Virus record (IMG/VR): IMGVR_UViG_3300028591_000083
Coordinates: 32,001 to 96,000 of that record
From: a virus
Lineage: Duplodnaviria; Caudoviricetes
Direction: 5' to 3' (one strand)
Length of the DNA: 64,000 nt
Under the pieces are notes generated by a model, which was not told the DNA's origin, ran no database searches, and saw nothing but the letters and a program-made list of their open reading frames with translations. Each line of letters starts with the position of its first letter. Position 1 is the stretch's first letter. The position numbers and the translations under genes are program-made. Positions 9,906-19,274 of this stretch are shown piece after piece.

Positions 9906-11219
9906 TCAATCAACCGTTGTACTGTTTATCTGAATCAATCCTTTATCCCAATCATAAATAAAAGAATAACTGCGCTTTGTTGACATACAGTATCCACATT
10001 CTTTAGACCATGTATCAGCACTTGTTACACTTGGCAACCATCTGAATACAATACCGCCCTTTTCCTCAACCTTTTCAGAATGAATGTGTGCTAGATGAAA
10101 TTCTCTATACTTAGTCCTTGCCCATTCTTCCGGACATTCGTTAGACATGAGGAACGGAAGTTGATCTTTCTTTTCATAATATCCATGAGCAAATCCAATC
10201 AGGTTAGCTCCAAATTCAACATACTGTCTAGGTGAAGAATTTACCTTAACCGATACCCAATTATCGTTTCTAAACCATGCCGCAAGATAATTGATTGCAT
10301 AGAAATCAGTTTGGCGGCTATGATTTGATGCAATATAGAATGTAGTAACAGAAGCATACTGTTTTAGTCTTTCAATAGTTTCAACAAGCATTTCAATACC
10401 AATAAGATATAGTTCTTGCCACTTCTTATCTGTGTCTTGCGGAGTTCCACCGGTAGTTGCTTTTGAAATACCGTCAGAATTAAAGAAATCATTACTCCAT
10501 ACAAATACAATAGAATTTAGATTCTTTACGATTTTAGAAATTCTTTCACACTCGGCATCAATAACTTTGAAATATCTTTCTTTTGTGATTTCTGTACTTA
10601 CTGGTTCTCCTGTTTCATTGTCATAACAGAATCTACCTAAATGCAGATCACAAATATTGATTTCATACATAAGTATTTGTCTATCGTTTTTCTCATACTT
10701 AGAAACTGGTTCTAATGTGAACGAACGGGAAAATGTATCAAAGTGTTTTTTGATATCTTCTAAACTAATAGATTCTTTAATTGGTTTTGCTGTGATTTTG
10801 CTTTGATACAGATTCAGAATGTCTCCGCCCTTTTTCTGAGATTGCCAGAGATTATTTTTATATGAAAGAATTTCCCACTTTTCAGGACTCATACCATGAG
10901 CTTTCAGAATATTGTATGGACTGAGTTCTTCATCTTTTGCTAGCTGAATCACTCGCTCAAATGTTACTGTTCCGTCTTTACGATATTCAACAGAAGTTGT
11001 TTTTGGAGTAAACTCATCTTCCTGTTCTTCGACTACAGGTTGCTTTTCAACTCTTTGAGGAACTACTTTTATAGATGATCCATTATTGAAACGCCGAACC
11101 CTAGAACGAATACACTCATATGACAACTCAGGAAACTGATGTTGAAGAATACTATAGATCTGAGGTCTTGAATATCCCTCTGACATTAGATTAGATACTG
11201 CTTCATTAAATGTTGACAT
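9906..11219 (-). CDS. Calcineurin-like metallophosphoesterase with N-terminal HTH-like region
   Basis: DLHLGR, ND, SNH, AHG, AHIH metal-binding motifs. Confidence 0.8.
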   Translation of the reverse strand: MSTFNEAVSNLMSEGYSRPQIYSILQHQFPELSYECIRSRVRRFNNGSSIKVVPQRVEKQPVVEEQEDEFTPKTTSVEYRKDGTVTFERVIQLAKDEELSPYNILKAHGMSPEKWEILSYKNNLWQSQKKGGDILNLYQSKITAKPIKESISLEDIKKHFDTFSRSFTLEPVSKYEKNDRQILMYEINICDLHLGRFCYDNETGEPVSTEITKERYFKVIDAECERISKIVKNLNSIVFVWSNDFFNSDGISKATTGGTPQDTDKKWQELYLIGIEMLVETIERLKQYASVTTFYIASNHSRQTDFYAINYLAAWFRNDNWVSVKVNSSPRQYVEFGANLIGFAHGYYEKKDQLPFLMSNECPEEWARTKYREFHLAHIHSEKVEEKGGIVFRWLPSVTSADTWSKECGYCMSTKRSYSFIYDWDKGLIQINSTTVD

Positions 11220-11427
11220 CTCACATTCCTCCAAAAATATAAGGTTGATATCTATAGTGTTCTAAATATCGTATATTTTCCATATCTTCGGCATTACATT
11301 CTCTAAAAACAAAAGGAGAACAGACAAATGATAGCGGTCATCTGTCCATTCTCCTTTTTATATAATCAGTTTTTGTGTATCACTGATTATTTGTACCTTA
11401 ATGTAAAGCCGCTACTTTACTATTCTT

Positions 11428-11456
11428 AGTATAGCATATTTTGCTAATTTTGTCAA
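11428..11456 (-). promoter_or_regulatory. Sigma-A-type promoter
   Basis: TTGACA-17-TATACT with TG extension. Confidence 0.7.
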
Positions 11457-11840
11457 CTGTTTAGATCAACAAAAAGTTTCAACAAAAATCAATCGTTTTC
11501 ATTTTGTTAAATGATTTGTCAGGCGCGTTTATTTTTTAGTAAGGGAGTCATCAATCTTAAAGTCATATGTATCAGTATCTTTACTATTCTTTTTCTTATT
11601 AAAGTAATTATAACTATTAGTATATTACATTGTTTTAATACTTATTGTTTTAATACTTATTTATTGATTATTTTATGGTTTTAGTATTAAAGATGTAATA
11701 TATTATTATGTTACAATTTGCACTCTTGAAAACGTCTCCATAGAGTTAAAAATGTAACTCTTGTTATTCACATTTTGATAATAACAGAATCACATCATAT
11801 ACAAACAAAAGTTCATATATGATGTGATTTTTGTTTATGT

Positions 11841-12566
11841 TTACTTGAACAAACTTTTGCGATTCATGCGATTTACTTCATCGGCAAAGATCCTTGCCTC
11901 ATTTCTAATACGTTCTCTTTCATTATATGTTGGCATTGTTTCTGCATAAGTAAGTTTTCTGTTCTTAAGCTGTTCGTTTTCAGTACGCAATCTGCTCATT
12001 TCTCGTTCCAGAGAATCAAGTCTGTTTCGATCCATTTCTGCCTGTCTTTCTTTCTGCTCTCTAACTCTTGCTGCAAGAGCTTCCATTTCTTCTTCATAAA
12101 CAGCTCTATGGAATTCAGGTGTATTAACACCATACATTCTTTCTAAGTGTTTCAGATGTGCTTCTTTACATTCCTTCTCTCTCTGTTTTTCTTTTTCATA
12201 GTTTTCATGCCACTTAATGTACTCAGATGTCATTTCGTAATTTTTCGTCCACGGAGCAAAGAATGTGGTAATTACTCTCTGTCCTCTCATCCACGCAAGA
12301 ATCAATCTAACAAATTCAGCGAAAGGATAGCAGAATCCGATAAAAGAAATCAGTGCGATAAAGAATCTTGCAGGAGGTGCTTGGATAAACAGTACAAAAT
12401 TCTTTGCTTCATTGATTTTAATATAGTCGGTTATGAATCCCATAAATGTTTTGTCAAATATCGCTGCCCATGTAATATATCCTAGCAACATCATAAGAAT
12501 AACTGAAATCGTACATAGTTTCAAAAATTCCCAATTTCTAGCTTTCGGATCAAGATTAACTTTCAT
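11841..12566 (-). CDS. Membrane protein with C-terminal coiled coil
   Basis: Two hydrophobic helices then charged coil. Confidence 0.7.
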   Translation of the reverse strand: MKVNLDPKARNWEFLKLCTISVILMMLLGYITWAAIFDKTFMGFITDYIKINEAKNFVLFIQAPPARFFIALISFIGFCYPFAEFVRLILAWMRGQRVITTFFAPWTKNYEMTSEYIKWHENYEKEKQREKECKEAHLKHLERMYGVNTPEFHRAVYEEEMEALAARVREQKERQAEMDRNRLDSLEREMSRLRTENEQLKNRKLTYAETMPTYNERERIRNEARIFADEVNRMNRKSLFK

Positions 12567-12585
12567 AACACACACCTACTTTCTT

Positions 12586-12801
12586 TTAGTTATCATTCCA
12601 TCTTCCGCCAGTACGATAGTCTCCATACTTATAAATCATAAATCCTAGAAACATACTAAGGATAAACTGATAGTCCATCGGCGGTTCTTCTCCGTCATGC
12701 GCCATAAGGAATATTGAGATCATAGTCAACAGTCCGCCAAAGTACACACAGAACTTTCCAAAGTAAAATCCCATCTTATCGGCTTTATTCTTGAATTCCA
12801 T
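12586..12801 (-). CDS. Small two-TM protein
   Basis: Two hydrophobic segments; GGAG SD. Confidence 0.7.
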   Translation of the reverse strand: MEFKNKADKMGFYFGKFCVYFGGLLTMISIFLMAHDGEEPPMDYQFILSMFLGFMIYKYGDYRTGGRWNDN

Positions 12802-12851
12802 TTTAATACATCTCCTTATTTTCTTTTGTTCTACTTGTTTATTTATCTTTT

Positions 12852-13499
12852 TCAGGCTTCAATATATCTTGCGTTAGCAGTGTTTTTTCCGTCAGTATAT
12901 CCTTTATCATAAACTTCTTTATTGTTATTATAATTCATTTTCTTGTTCATCGTTCTCATATTCATTCCGGATTTCATATCTTCATAAGATTTCTTCACTT
13001 CTTCCGGAATAACGATCATTAATGCAGTACATTGTTTTTCGAGAACCGATTTGATTCCATGAAGGAATCCAATCAAATATGTATTTTTAAGTCCTGTTGT
13101 ATTTCTGCCATTGTTTCTGGCGTTCATATATTCTCTCGCTGCGAAACGATTTCCAATATTATACAAGAAATTAAACACATCTCTTGCAATAGTCGCATTA
13201 TGAGTAAACCCATAAAAACAAACTGTTCTGTTATTATTAGTCCAGAATACTTTACAGCAAAAATTGTTTGCAATAATACCGGAAAGAGAATATTTCCATT
13301 TATGTCCTGCATCGGTGTCAGCTTTAATAGATTCAATTTCTTCTTTTTCTTCCTCGATGTCAGTAAGAACGATGTCATATTTTGCCATGAGTTCCTGCGC
13401 TTTTAGTGCGGCTATCATTGCTTCATTCTCAGTTGCACCTTTATCGGATGCTGTTTTCAGCAGTTTGCTGATGATCTCAATAGCTTTTTCCTTTTTCAT
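12852..13499 (-). CDS. DUF2786-domain protein
   Basis: ISKLLKTA..ATENEA..AALKAQELMAKYDI; start ATG 13499 after GGAGG. Confidence 0.8.
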   Translation of the reverse strand: MKKEKAIEIISKLLKTASDKGATENEAMIAALKAQELMAKYDIVLTDIEEEKEEIESIKADTDAGHKWKYSLSGIIANNFCCKVFWTNNNRTVCFYGFTHNATIARDVFNFLYNIGNRFAAREYMNARNNGRNTTGLKNTYLIGFLHGIKSVLEKQCTALMIVIPEEVKKSYEDMKSGMNMRTMNKKMNYNNNKEVYDKGYTDGKNTANARYIEA

Positions 13500-13543
13500 T
13501 TTAAGTACCTCCGTTTTTGTTGTTTGGTGTTTGTCTCTCTTAC

Positions 13544-13578
13544 AAATATAGTATAACACATTTTAATCTATTTGTCAA
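13544..13578 (-). promoter_or_regulatory. Conserved phage early promoter
   Basis: TTGACA-17-TATACT with conserved TGTTATACTATATTT. Confidence 0.85.
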
Positions 13579-13620
13579 TGGTTTTTTGAAAATTTTTTTA
13601 TTTTAACATTTAGAAAATAC

Positions 13621-13649
13621 TTGACTTTTTTACCAAAGTATGTTATACT
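13621..13649 (+). promoter_or_regulatory. Divergent sigma-A-type promoter
   Basis: TTGACT-17-TATACT with TG extension. Confidence 0.75.
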
Positions 13650-13670
13650 TATACTGTGAGGTGATGTAAT

Positions 13671-13994
13671 GTGAATTCGGAACTAAATCTATGCGGCAGA
13701 AAGGACGATTCTAAATCCGCTATCGTTGCACTAAATACTTTTGTAAAATCGTTTTGTTTGGACTGCACTAGGTCTAAATCCTATGGTAAATACATTTTCA
13801 GATGTCAGGATTGTGGATTTCGTTCTGGGAGCATTTGTACTGTGAAAAACTTTGCACACTCACTTGATGAAGATTTCTACGATAAAATCAACTTTGGATG
13901 TTTAGTTTCTCCGGAAACTGATGCTGAGTTGGTTGCCGGAAACTGTTTCTATAGCACAATCTGTGCAAATTTCAGTAAGGAGAAAACGGAATGA
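13671..13994 (+). CDS. Cys-rich hypothetical protein
   Basis: GAGGTG SD; CLDC, CQDC. Confidence 0.7.
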   Translation: MNSELNLCGRKDDSKSAIVALNTFVKSFCLDCTRSKSYGKYIFRCQDCGFRSGSICTVKNFAHSLDEDFYDKINFGCLVSPETDAELVAGNCFYSTICANFSKEKTE

Positions 13995-14308
13995 TTGATG
14001 TAAAAACACTTGAAGACTTTAGACTATTTATTCTTTCTCTTGGTTTCTTCATGGATATTTCTAATCCAGTAGGTCTTACTTATGTTCTATTAAAAGAAAG
14101 AGGAAACCTTGTTTTTGAATATCGTGCCGAAGAAAGTAAGATTGTTTGCAGAATGCCTGATTTCCAATATAATGCTATGTATCCTCATGCCGGAAGAAAC
14201 AGAACATATACTCTAACTATTTCTGACTATTCTTGTGCGTCAAAAGATGTATTGGAATTTATAGATAAAATGACCAGACTGTATGAGAACAAGGGAGAGG
14301 TACTATGA
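13991..14308 (+). CDS. Hypothetical protein
   Basis: Coupled ORF, AGGAG SD. Confidence 0.7.
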   Translation: MIDVKTLEDFRLFILSLGFFMDISNPVGLTYVLLKERGNLVFEYRAEESKIVCRMPDFQYNAMYPHAGRNRTYTLTISDYSCASKDVLEFIDKMTRLYENKGEVL

Positions 14309-14688
14309 GGATCAAATATTGTGAGTCAGACACAACAAATGTTAGCATTGCTAATGTTGATAAAGCAACTGTGATGAGAGTTAAGGATGAAGACGGCAAT
14401 CCGATGTATGTTTGTTCTTGTGCGATTGCCGGAGGATTTGATCTTGTTCATATCGAAACTCTTACTTATGACAAGGCTCTTGATCTTCTTAATACTCTTT
14501 ATGAAACAGGAAATCTTGATGTTTCTTCCGATGCTGATTGCACTGTGGTTACAACAATGGGTCCATTTCAAATGGGTCTTACTGCAATGTTTAATCCTTT
14601 TGCATTGTCAGATGATGATGACGATGATGAAGATATTGATGAAGAATTAGACGATGAAGCAGGAATTGACTTTTCCTCATTCTATTGA
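14305..14688 (+). CDS. Hypothetical protein with acidic C-terminal tail
   Basis: Coupled ORF; DDDDDDEDIDEELDDE tail. Confidence 0.7.
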   Translation: MRIKYCESDTTNVSIANVDKATVMRVKDEDGNPMYVCSCAIAGGFDLVHIETLTYDKALDLLNTLYETGNLDVSSDADCTVVTTMGPFQMGLTAMFNPFALSDDDDDDEDIDEELDDEAGIDFSSFY

Positions 14689-14736
14689 CATTACCTTTGG
14701 CGTTTGTGCCATGTCCATAATCATTCCTCTTTGACG

Positions 14737-14780
14737 GAACAATCCCTCTCTAGCAGTTAAACGCCGGAGAGGGATTGTTC
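14737..14780. terminator. Hairpin between convergent genes
   Basis: gaacaatccctctc / gagagggattgttc inverted repeat. Confidence 0.7.
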
Positions 14781-14807
14781 TATGTCATACTATATGAGGT
14801 GAAGCTA

Positions 14808-16268
14808 TCAAATAGAATTTTGCTTTGCATAAGCATCTTTAAGAGCTTGTTTTGTAGCAGCTCCGCATGAACCGTCTACATCAAGTCCATTCTTAAATTG
14901 GAATGCAAGTAAAGCCCCAAGAGTAATGATTTCAAATATTCCTGTAATATCGTCATCATAATACCCTAATTCAGAAAGATACCATTGCATCCACATAACT
15001 CCTTCTTTATCAGTTGATCCTTCTTTTACTGATTTTGTTGGTTCAGTATATGGACAATCAGGAGTAGGTGTTGGTGTAGGAGTTGGCGGAACTGGTTTTG
15101 GATATAGTTTTGGATTTTTCACGAAACCTAGGAATGTATATTTTCCAGAACCTCCCCAATGTCCGTCAGCATTAGTTCTCTTTGTTGTCCAGAAAGGTCT
15201 ACTTGCTTTATATCCTGATTCTGCGGTTACAATAGAACCATCATCAAACATCTGTTCAACAGTTGCAACATGACCAGCTCCGTCAGAGCTATCACCAGTT
15301 TTACCTTTTGCGAAACAAAGAATTGCTCCGTAGCTAGGTTCTTGTGAAACTTCAAGACCTTCTTTAATAGCTTGTGCATATACGTCTTCACCATTTGGAG
15401 GATAGTTGAGATATACAAATTTTCCGGCACCGAGGATCTCATTAAATCTATCAACTGCTAATCCAACGCAATTACTTAATGTGTTCAATCCTTCCTGAGT
15501 AGGTTTTCCAATAATACAGGTAGAATATCCGCCATTTCCGATTGTATTGTAATATGGATTTCCTTTTTCTGGAATTTGAAGCATTGGTGTAAATCCTTCT
15601 GGATATGGAATTAGCTTTGGTTCTGGTTTCGGCGGAGTAGGAGTTGGAGATGGTTTTGGATATCCATTTAATCCTTTAGCTTTAATTTTAGTAGGATAAT
15701 CTACATAACAATAGTCATGATCTACTTTATCATGAAAACCATTCATATTCTGTGCGCCAGTTTGCCAAAGACCATAAGCACCAGTATATGTTGGTTTTGA
15801 CGCCCATTGAGCTAACCAAATAGCATATCTTGTTTTAATATCATCTTCAACAATACAAGTTAGCCAACTAAGGTTTGTATATAGTCCTACCCAATATCCG
15901 GCACTTTCTACTTTTTGTAAGAATGCGCGGATCATAGCAGAAGCTAAAGATTTTCCAAGATTATAATGTTCATTATATTCAATATCTAAGAATACAGGAT
16001 AATCAAACTGTTTTCCTTTTAGTCTTTTTAGAAATTCATCTGCTTCTTTTTCTGCTGCTTCAACTGTAAGAGAAGACTTGTCTAAAAACCAATAAGCACC
16101 TACATTCATCCCTTTTGCTTTTGCATTCTTATAATGAGATTCATACATATTGTCAGTATAATTTCTCTGTCCGGCTTTAATAATGCAGAAGTCACAATCT
16201 ACTTTAGTCCAATCTACTTTTGGTTGACAGTAAGAAATGTCAACGCCCTCTTTCTTATAATCACTCAT
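14808..16268 (-). CDS. Modular endolysin: GH25 muramidase + CHAP + peptidoglycan-binding domain
   Basis: GVDISYCQ, LDIEY, VDHD (GH25); SNCV..GAGHVATVE..ESG (CHAP); WMQWYL..FQFKNGLDVDG (PGBD); Pro/Thr linkers. Confidence 0.9.
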   Translation of the reverse strand: MSDYKKEGVDISYCQPKVDWTKVDCDFCIIKAGQRNYTDNMYESHYKNAKAKGMNVGAYWFLDKSSLTVEAAEKEADEFLKRLKGKQFDYPVFLDIEYNEHYNLGKSLASAMIRAFLQKVESAGYWVGLYTNLSWLTCIVEDDIKTRYAIWLAQWASKPTYTGAYGLWQTGAQNMNGFHDKVDHDYCYVDYPTKIKAKGLNGYPKPSPTPTPPKPEPKLIPYPEGFTPMLQIPEKGNPYYNTIGNGGYSTCIIGKPTQEGLNTLSNCVGLAVDRFNEILGAGKFVYLNYPPNGEDVYAQAIKEGLEVSQEPSYGAILCFAKGKTGDSSDGAGHVATVEQMFDDGSIVTAESGYKASRPFWTTKRTNADGHWGGSGKYTFLGFVKNPKLYPKPVPPTPTPTPTPDCPYTEPTKSVKEGSTDKEGVMWMQWYLSELGYYDDDITGIFEIITLGALLAFQFKNGLDVDGSCGAATKQALKDAYAKQNSI

Positions 16269-16543
16269 AAAAAATTCACCCTTTCTGAAAATCATCAAGG
16301 CATACCATAATGAACAAAAGCTGTTCATTATATAGTGTTATGTGTAAATGCGTTATTTATTTTTTGTAATCAGTTATTCCTATATTTTGTAAAAACATAA
16401 ATATTTTACATATTTCGAGAATTTCTATAACTTGAAAATGTATTAAAAATATTAAATGCTGTATTATAAAAATAACATAAATATATACAATAATGGATGT
16501 AAAGCAATTTACAAATATTTTTGAAAGGTTGTGTTATTTTACT

Positions 16544-17137
16544 ATGAGATGCAAAGATGTTTTAAAATTATTGAGAATTACAAGACAAACACTTACAAAG
16601 TATGTAAAGAATGGAAACATAAAGGTAACTACGTTACCAAATGGACAATATGACTACGATGAAAAGAGTGTATATGATTTTCTAAATAAAGATGTGCCTA
16701 GAAAAACATATATATACGCAAGAGTGTCAACACAAAAACAAAAACACGATTTAGAAAATCAAATAAATTTACTAAAACAGTATTGTTTCTCTAAAGGATA
16801 TAGGGTTGATGGAATTTTTTCAGACGTTGCAAGCGGAATAAGTTTTGAAAGAAGATCTGATATGTTTACATTATTGGATGATATTGTTGATAATAAGGTT
16901 GAAAGGGTTGTAATATCATATAAAGATAGACTTTCAAGAGTTGGATTTGATCTTTTTTATTATTTATTTAAGAAACATAATTGTGAGATTGAAGTTATGA
17001 GTGAGGTCGGTTCACAAAAACTAGACAGCGAGGAAATATTTGAGGAGATTATCAGCTTGCTTCATTGCTACTCAATGAAACTTTATAGTAATCGAAGAGT
17101 TCAAAAAATCAAGGAAGTGTTGTCAGATGAAGAATGA
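16544..17137 (+). CDS. tnpA: IS607 serine recombinase (MerR-like HTH + resolvase)
   Basis: YIYARVSTQKQ, DVASG, DRLSRVGF. Confidence 0.92.
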   Translation: MRCKDVLKLLRITRQTLTKYVKNGNIKVTTLPNGQYDYDEKSVYDFLNKDVPRKTYIYARVSTQKQKHDLENQINLLKQYCFSKGYRVDGIFSDVASGISFERRSDMFTLLDDIVDNKVERVVISYKDRLSRVGFDLFYYLFKKHNCEIEVMSEVGSQKLDSEEIFEEIISLLHCYSMKLYSNRRVQKIKEVLSDEE

Positions 17138-18356
17138 AAGTGTTCTAAGTAGGGTTGAAAAGCATATTATAAAGAAGTCTGATAAATATTTCAACACACT
17201 CTTTGATTTCTGCAAAATGTCTAAGAATTTATATAATCACGCTAATTATCTAATTAGAAATGAATTTGTATCTAACGGAAAATGGTTGAGGTATAATGAT
17301 TTGGACAAGATATTAAAAAATGATTTAGAGTTTCCTGATTACAAGAATATGCCTACAGCACAATCAGCACAGCAAACACTTAGATTATTAGATAAGAACT
17401 GGAAATCGTTCTTTGCTGAGATAAAAGATTATAGTAAAAATAAGCAAAAATATTTAGGAAAACCGAAGATGCCAAAGTATAAGAAATCCACATATATTCT
17501 GATTGTAACAAATCAAGACTGTAAATTAAATAATAATACTATATTATTTCCGAGATGCTTTAACTCATTCAGTATTAAAACAAAGATAGTTGACAATGTT
17601 AATTTTGTGTCATTGCAACAAGTTAGACTTTTGCCGCATAAAGATAGGATTGTTGCTGAGATTGTATACAATATAAGAATGCCGAGAAAACTAGATGATA
17701 ACAATAGATATATCGGTATAGACATTGGAGTGAACAATCTTGCAACTGTTTCAAATAACTTTGGGGCAGAATCGTTCATCATAAATGGTAAGCCACTAAA
17801 ATCAATAAATCAAAAGTTTAACAAACTTACAAGCCATTATAAAGCAGTGTGCAAAAGAATGAATAATCAGTATTCATCAAACAGAATAAAAAGATTATTT
17901 AACAAAAGAAATGAAAAGATAGATGACTATATGCATAAGGCGAGTAGAAAGATAATTGATTTCTGTGAAGATAATGATATACACACAATTATCATAGGAA
18001 AAAATAAAGAGTGGAAACAGAAATGCGGTATGTCAAAGAAAAATAATCAAAATTTTGTTCAAATACCCTTCGCAAGATTCATTGATATGATTCAGTACAA
18101 AGCAGAAAATATTGGTATAGCAGTCATATTGACCGAAGAAAGCTATACGAGCGGTACAAGTTTCATTGATAATGAAGATCCAGTAAAAGAGTATTATAAC
18201 AAATCAAGAAGACTTCACAGAGGATTATTTAGATCAAATGACGGAATTCTTATAAATGCAGATTTGAATGGCGCTTATCAGATTATTAAGAAAGTAGTCC
18301 CAATAAAATGGGATAGAGGGTGCGCGTTACATCCATTTGTAGTAAATATAGTATAA
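17127..18356 (+). CDS. tnpB: RNA-guided RuvC nuclease TnpB
   Basis: GIDIGVNN, EESYTS, INADLNGA; overlaps tnpA stop. Confidence 0.92.
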   Translation: MKNESVLSRVEKHIIKKSDKYFNTLFDFCKMSKNLYNHANYLIRNEFVSNGKWLRYNDLDKILKNDLEFPDYKNMPTAQSAQQTLRLLDKNWKSFFAEIKDYSKNKQKYLGKPKMPKYKKSTYILIVTNQDCKLNNNTILFPRCFNSFSIKTKIVDNVNFVSLQQVRLLPHKDRIVAEIVYNIRMPRKLDDNNRYIGIDIGVNNLATVSNNFGAESFIINGKPLKSINQKFNKLTSHYKAVCKRMNNQYSSNRIKRLFNKRNEKIDDYMHKASRKIIDFCEDNDIHTIIIGKNKEWKQKCGMSKKNNQNFVQIPFARFIDMIQYKAENIGIAVILTEESYTSGTSFIDNEDPVKEYYNKSRRLHRGLFRSNDGILINADLNGAYQIIKKVVPIKWDRGCALHPFVVNIV

Positions 18357-18423
18357 AATTATATTGAACAATAAAGAAAATTTATTAAAATAATATATAA
18401 ATTTTTTAATGATTTCCATAACG

Positions 18424-18452
18424 TTGACATTCTTGTGATTTTGTGTTATAAT
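18424..18452 (+). promoter_or_regulatory. Sigma-A-type promoter
   Basis: TTGACA-17-TATAAT with TG extension. Confidence 0.8.
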
Positions 18453-18502
18453 AATATCGAAGAATTATATTCTGCATTACAAATGAGGAGGATTAAAAAA
18501 TC

Positions 18503-18778
18503 ATGAGTAAACCAAAAGAAAACCACATTGTATTTAAGGACAAAAAAGGATATCTTTGCGCGGTAAGAAAAGACTTCTGTGATGAATATGAAGCAGAAAA
18601 AATTGCTAAAGAAAGACTTGTAAATGAATCAGTAATTCCATGTTTTGAATATGGATATATGTATCATGGATTCGGAAAAGATGTAGGATCTGATGAATAT
18701 GAAAATACTTGGTGGTTAGTAGGTGAACCTACTAATAATTCAATTCCTGTTTATGTTTTCCGCGAAAACCTAGATTAA
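18503..18778 (+). CDS. Hypothetical protein
   Basis: GAGGAGG SD, own promoter. Confidence 0.75.
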   Translation: MSKPKENHIVFKDKKGYLCAVRKDFCDEYEAEKIAKERLVNESVIPCFEYGYMYHGFGKDVGSDEYENTWWLVGEPTNNSIPVYVFRENLD

Positions 18779-18833
18779 ACTTTTTGATTTCTTCATCTAT
18801 GAAAACAGAATATATGAAAATATCACTGAGTTT

Positions 18834-19159
18834 AGTGTTAGGATAAGCACTGTTTAAAAGACAGTTATTGAGTCATATAACCCAGAAAGACGCTTTGTCG
18901 TGAGATATTAGTAGTCCTAGAATTCCTGTGTGGTTTAAGATTATATGACAATAGTCTGTGGAAACAAATTCCGTGAGGTTCTGAATATTTTTATTCATGT
19001 AAAATTGGCTTGTGAGTTAGCCCGATAACTACCAAACCAGCAAGTTGGTGGAAAGCTAACAAAACTGTCTTTTATATACTATCTAATTTCGGGAGAGAGG
19101 CAGAATGCCGTACCTAAGATCTTTAATTGATCTTTTGGTATGGCATTTCTGTTTTTTTT
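18834..19159 (+). ncRNA. Candidate structured non-coding RNA with terminator
   Basis: 12-bp closing stem 18855-18866/19063-19074, nested stem 18872-18880/18941-18949, several GNRA-capped hairpins, then hairpin 19100-19151 + T8. Confidence 0.6.
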
Positions 19160-19274
19160 GGAGAAACAAGTGCAACGTCATAACACTACTCTTGCAAAAG
19201 CAAAAGATGCTTTTTGATATCATTGATATAACAGGCGGCAATATAGAAATATCATTCTATATAAGGAAAACCTT

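Larger units (their letters stand above)
16381..18417 (+). mobile_element. IS607-family element
   Basis: tnpA+tnpB pair; both putative junctions end in TTCC (16377-16380, 18414-18417), consistent with a GG/CC crossover core. Confidence 0.8.

Noticed and set aside
11258-11278. NrdR-like box before the phosphoesterase
   Set aside because: Weak, single, poorly palindromic match in AT-rich DNA.
14677-14730. 13-codon antisense ORF (MDMAQTPKVMSIE) with a GAGG SD
   Set aside because: Too short, lies just past the terminator hairpin, no further support.
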